56,619 nt of DNA from Priapulus caudatus (lineage: Eukaryota): the NCBI RefSeq assembly GCF_000485595.1, contig NW_014577083.1:676875-733493 (forward strand), read 5' to 3'. The notes beneath the pieces were generated by a model, which ran no database searches, was not told where the DNA came from, and saw nothing but the letters and a program-made list of their open reading frames with translations. Positions within the stretch are counted from its first letter, which is position 1. Every line of letters begins with the position of its first letter. Below are positions 55,194 through 56,619 of this stretch, piece after piece. The translations under genes were made by a program, and so were the position numbers.

Positions 55194-56535
55194 GCACACA
55201 CACGTACACACACACACGCGCGCGCATGCATACACGGCGGTGATTATTGCATCGACCAATAATCTGTTTATGTCGAGCCCGCGGGCCATGTCATTACTGA
55301 GCGAGCTCTGCTTTCCCTTGCCACTCGTATATTATTATAGTAAACAGCGCTTATTAAATGTCGGGTGTAAACGGAGACCAGTTCACCTCAGTCATGTAAG
55401 TGGTGTGATCACTCCCCCCCCCCTCCTCCTCACCCTCCTCCGTCCACGGTTGCGTGTGAATCTTTTACCGCATTCTCTTTTTACCGACGTTTCGATTTTT
55501 TTCCACATATCGAGCCGCGTGTAGGCAGGCGACAGCTAGGTAAGAAACGCGCTCCTCGCGTGACGTAAAATGAAAAGTGACGTGTTGTTATTTCTGCATG
55601 CCGCGTAACCGTAATATATATATATAGATATATAAACGGCGTATAATGTGTGCCCTGTAATGTGTACTGTAATGTATATTATAATGTAATATAATTACTG
55701 TTAAAAAGCAAAAATAACTTAAAGAGAGATATAAATGTTCTAAACAGACATAGTTCAGTCAAATTAGTAACACAGTAACTTCGAGGTAGAGCTCAAGCCA
55801 CATTTCCGATGAACTCCCACTCTTGGGAAAAGCAAAATATTTAACATACAACGTCATTGTCTCGGATCGTGAGGCATGCGACTGAGACAGCCGGGCGATG
55901 TGATCTCACTGTATACGGATGCCTGCCTCTGTGTTTGCTCGCCACACGAGAGTATTGGTGATGAGTAATTGCCGAGAAATACTTCCTTCATTTTCCGTGC
56001 CCAATATTTCGCGGAGATGTCGCTCCGAAAACTATTAGAACGCGCTAGTGCGTGGTCTCCTGCACAAGTTGCCTGGGAAAACACCCTCGATGTCCACTTA
56101 GAGCTCCGATTCGGCAATCCAAAATCGTCAGTTAGCGGAACGCGTAAACTAGTAAAACGCGACGACGCTCTTTCTAGTTACCATAACTCGTTTACACTTG
56201 ATTAAGGTATATATGAATTCCATATCTGGCCTCAGCGGCGGATGTCCCCGACTGCGTCTATGGAAATCCATCGTCATTGTGCAGCGACGTCAACGCTGAC
56301 GCGTAAACAGGCGAGGTCAAAGGTCGTTTCCTTTCGGCCCGCCCACCGGCGAGCTAGCATCGTCTCCCGTCGCGAGGCAACCTCTTATCAGGCTCATTAA
56401 GCTAGCGAGGTTGCACAGGTGTGCGTGGGAGGGGCTCGACCTCTCTCGCCGCTGCTGCTGCTACTGCTACTGCCCTACGATCTCTGACAGCTCGCTGCTT
56501 CTGCTACTGCAGCTTACGCATAACAAAATCATATA

Positions 56536-56619
<84 letters not shown>
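56536..56619. repeat. (CT)n-(TA)n microsatellite, continuing off the window edge
   Basis: Direct observation. Confidence 0.95.

Overview
Repeat-rich animal genomic DNA, probably a non-vertebrate bilaterian (inferred from the SoxB1 sequence; the species cannot be named from sequence alone). There is one clearly intact gene: an intronless SoxB1 (Sox1/2/3, SoxNeuro group) HMG-box gene on the - strand at 27435-28451, with a recognisable proximal promoter and a predicted 3' UTR of about 1.1 kb. There is also a decayed PIF/Harbinger DNA transposon (about 9110-11022). Its DDE transposase has two nonsense codons, a +1 frameshift, a 3' truncation and an in-frame (AGA)24 expansion, but it keeps a well-spaced TATA/Inr promoter and phased 11-bp subterminal repeats. 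The rest is microsatellite, minisatellite (27, 84, 66, 38 and 10/11 bp units) and non-coding DNA. Two large sets of near-duplicate blocks (2195-8024 vs about 13505-19073, and 2-3 copies within about 32700-55140) differ mainly by scattered 1-2 bp indels and lie at or near 10/25-N gaps. They look like uncorrected long-read gap-fill rather than true segmental duplication. Almost all ORFs in the supplied track are translations of simple repeats. I found no convincing new multi-gene system. The best leads are SoxB1 regulatory features (three Pumilio elements, alternative N-terminal starts, candidate enhancers) and the Harbinger architecture.
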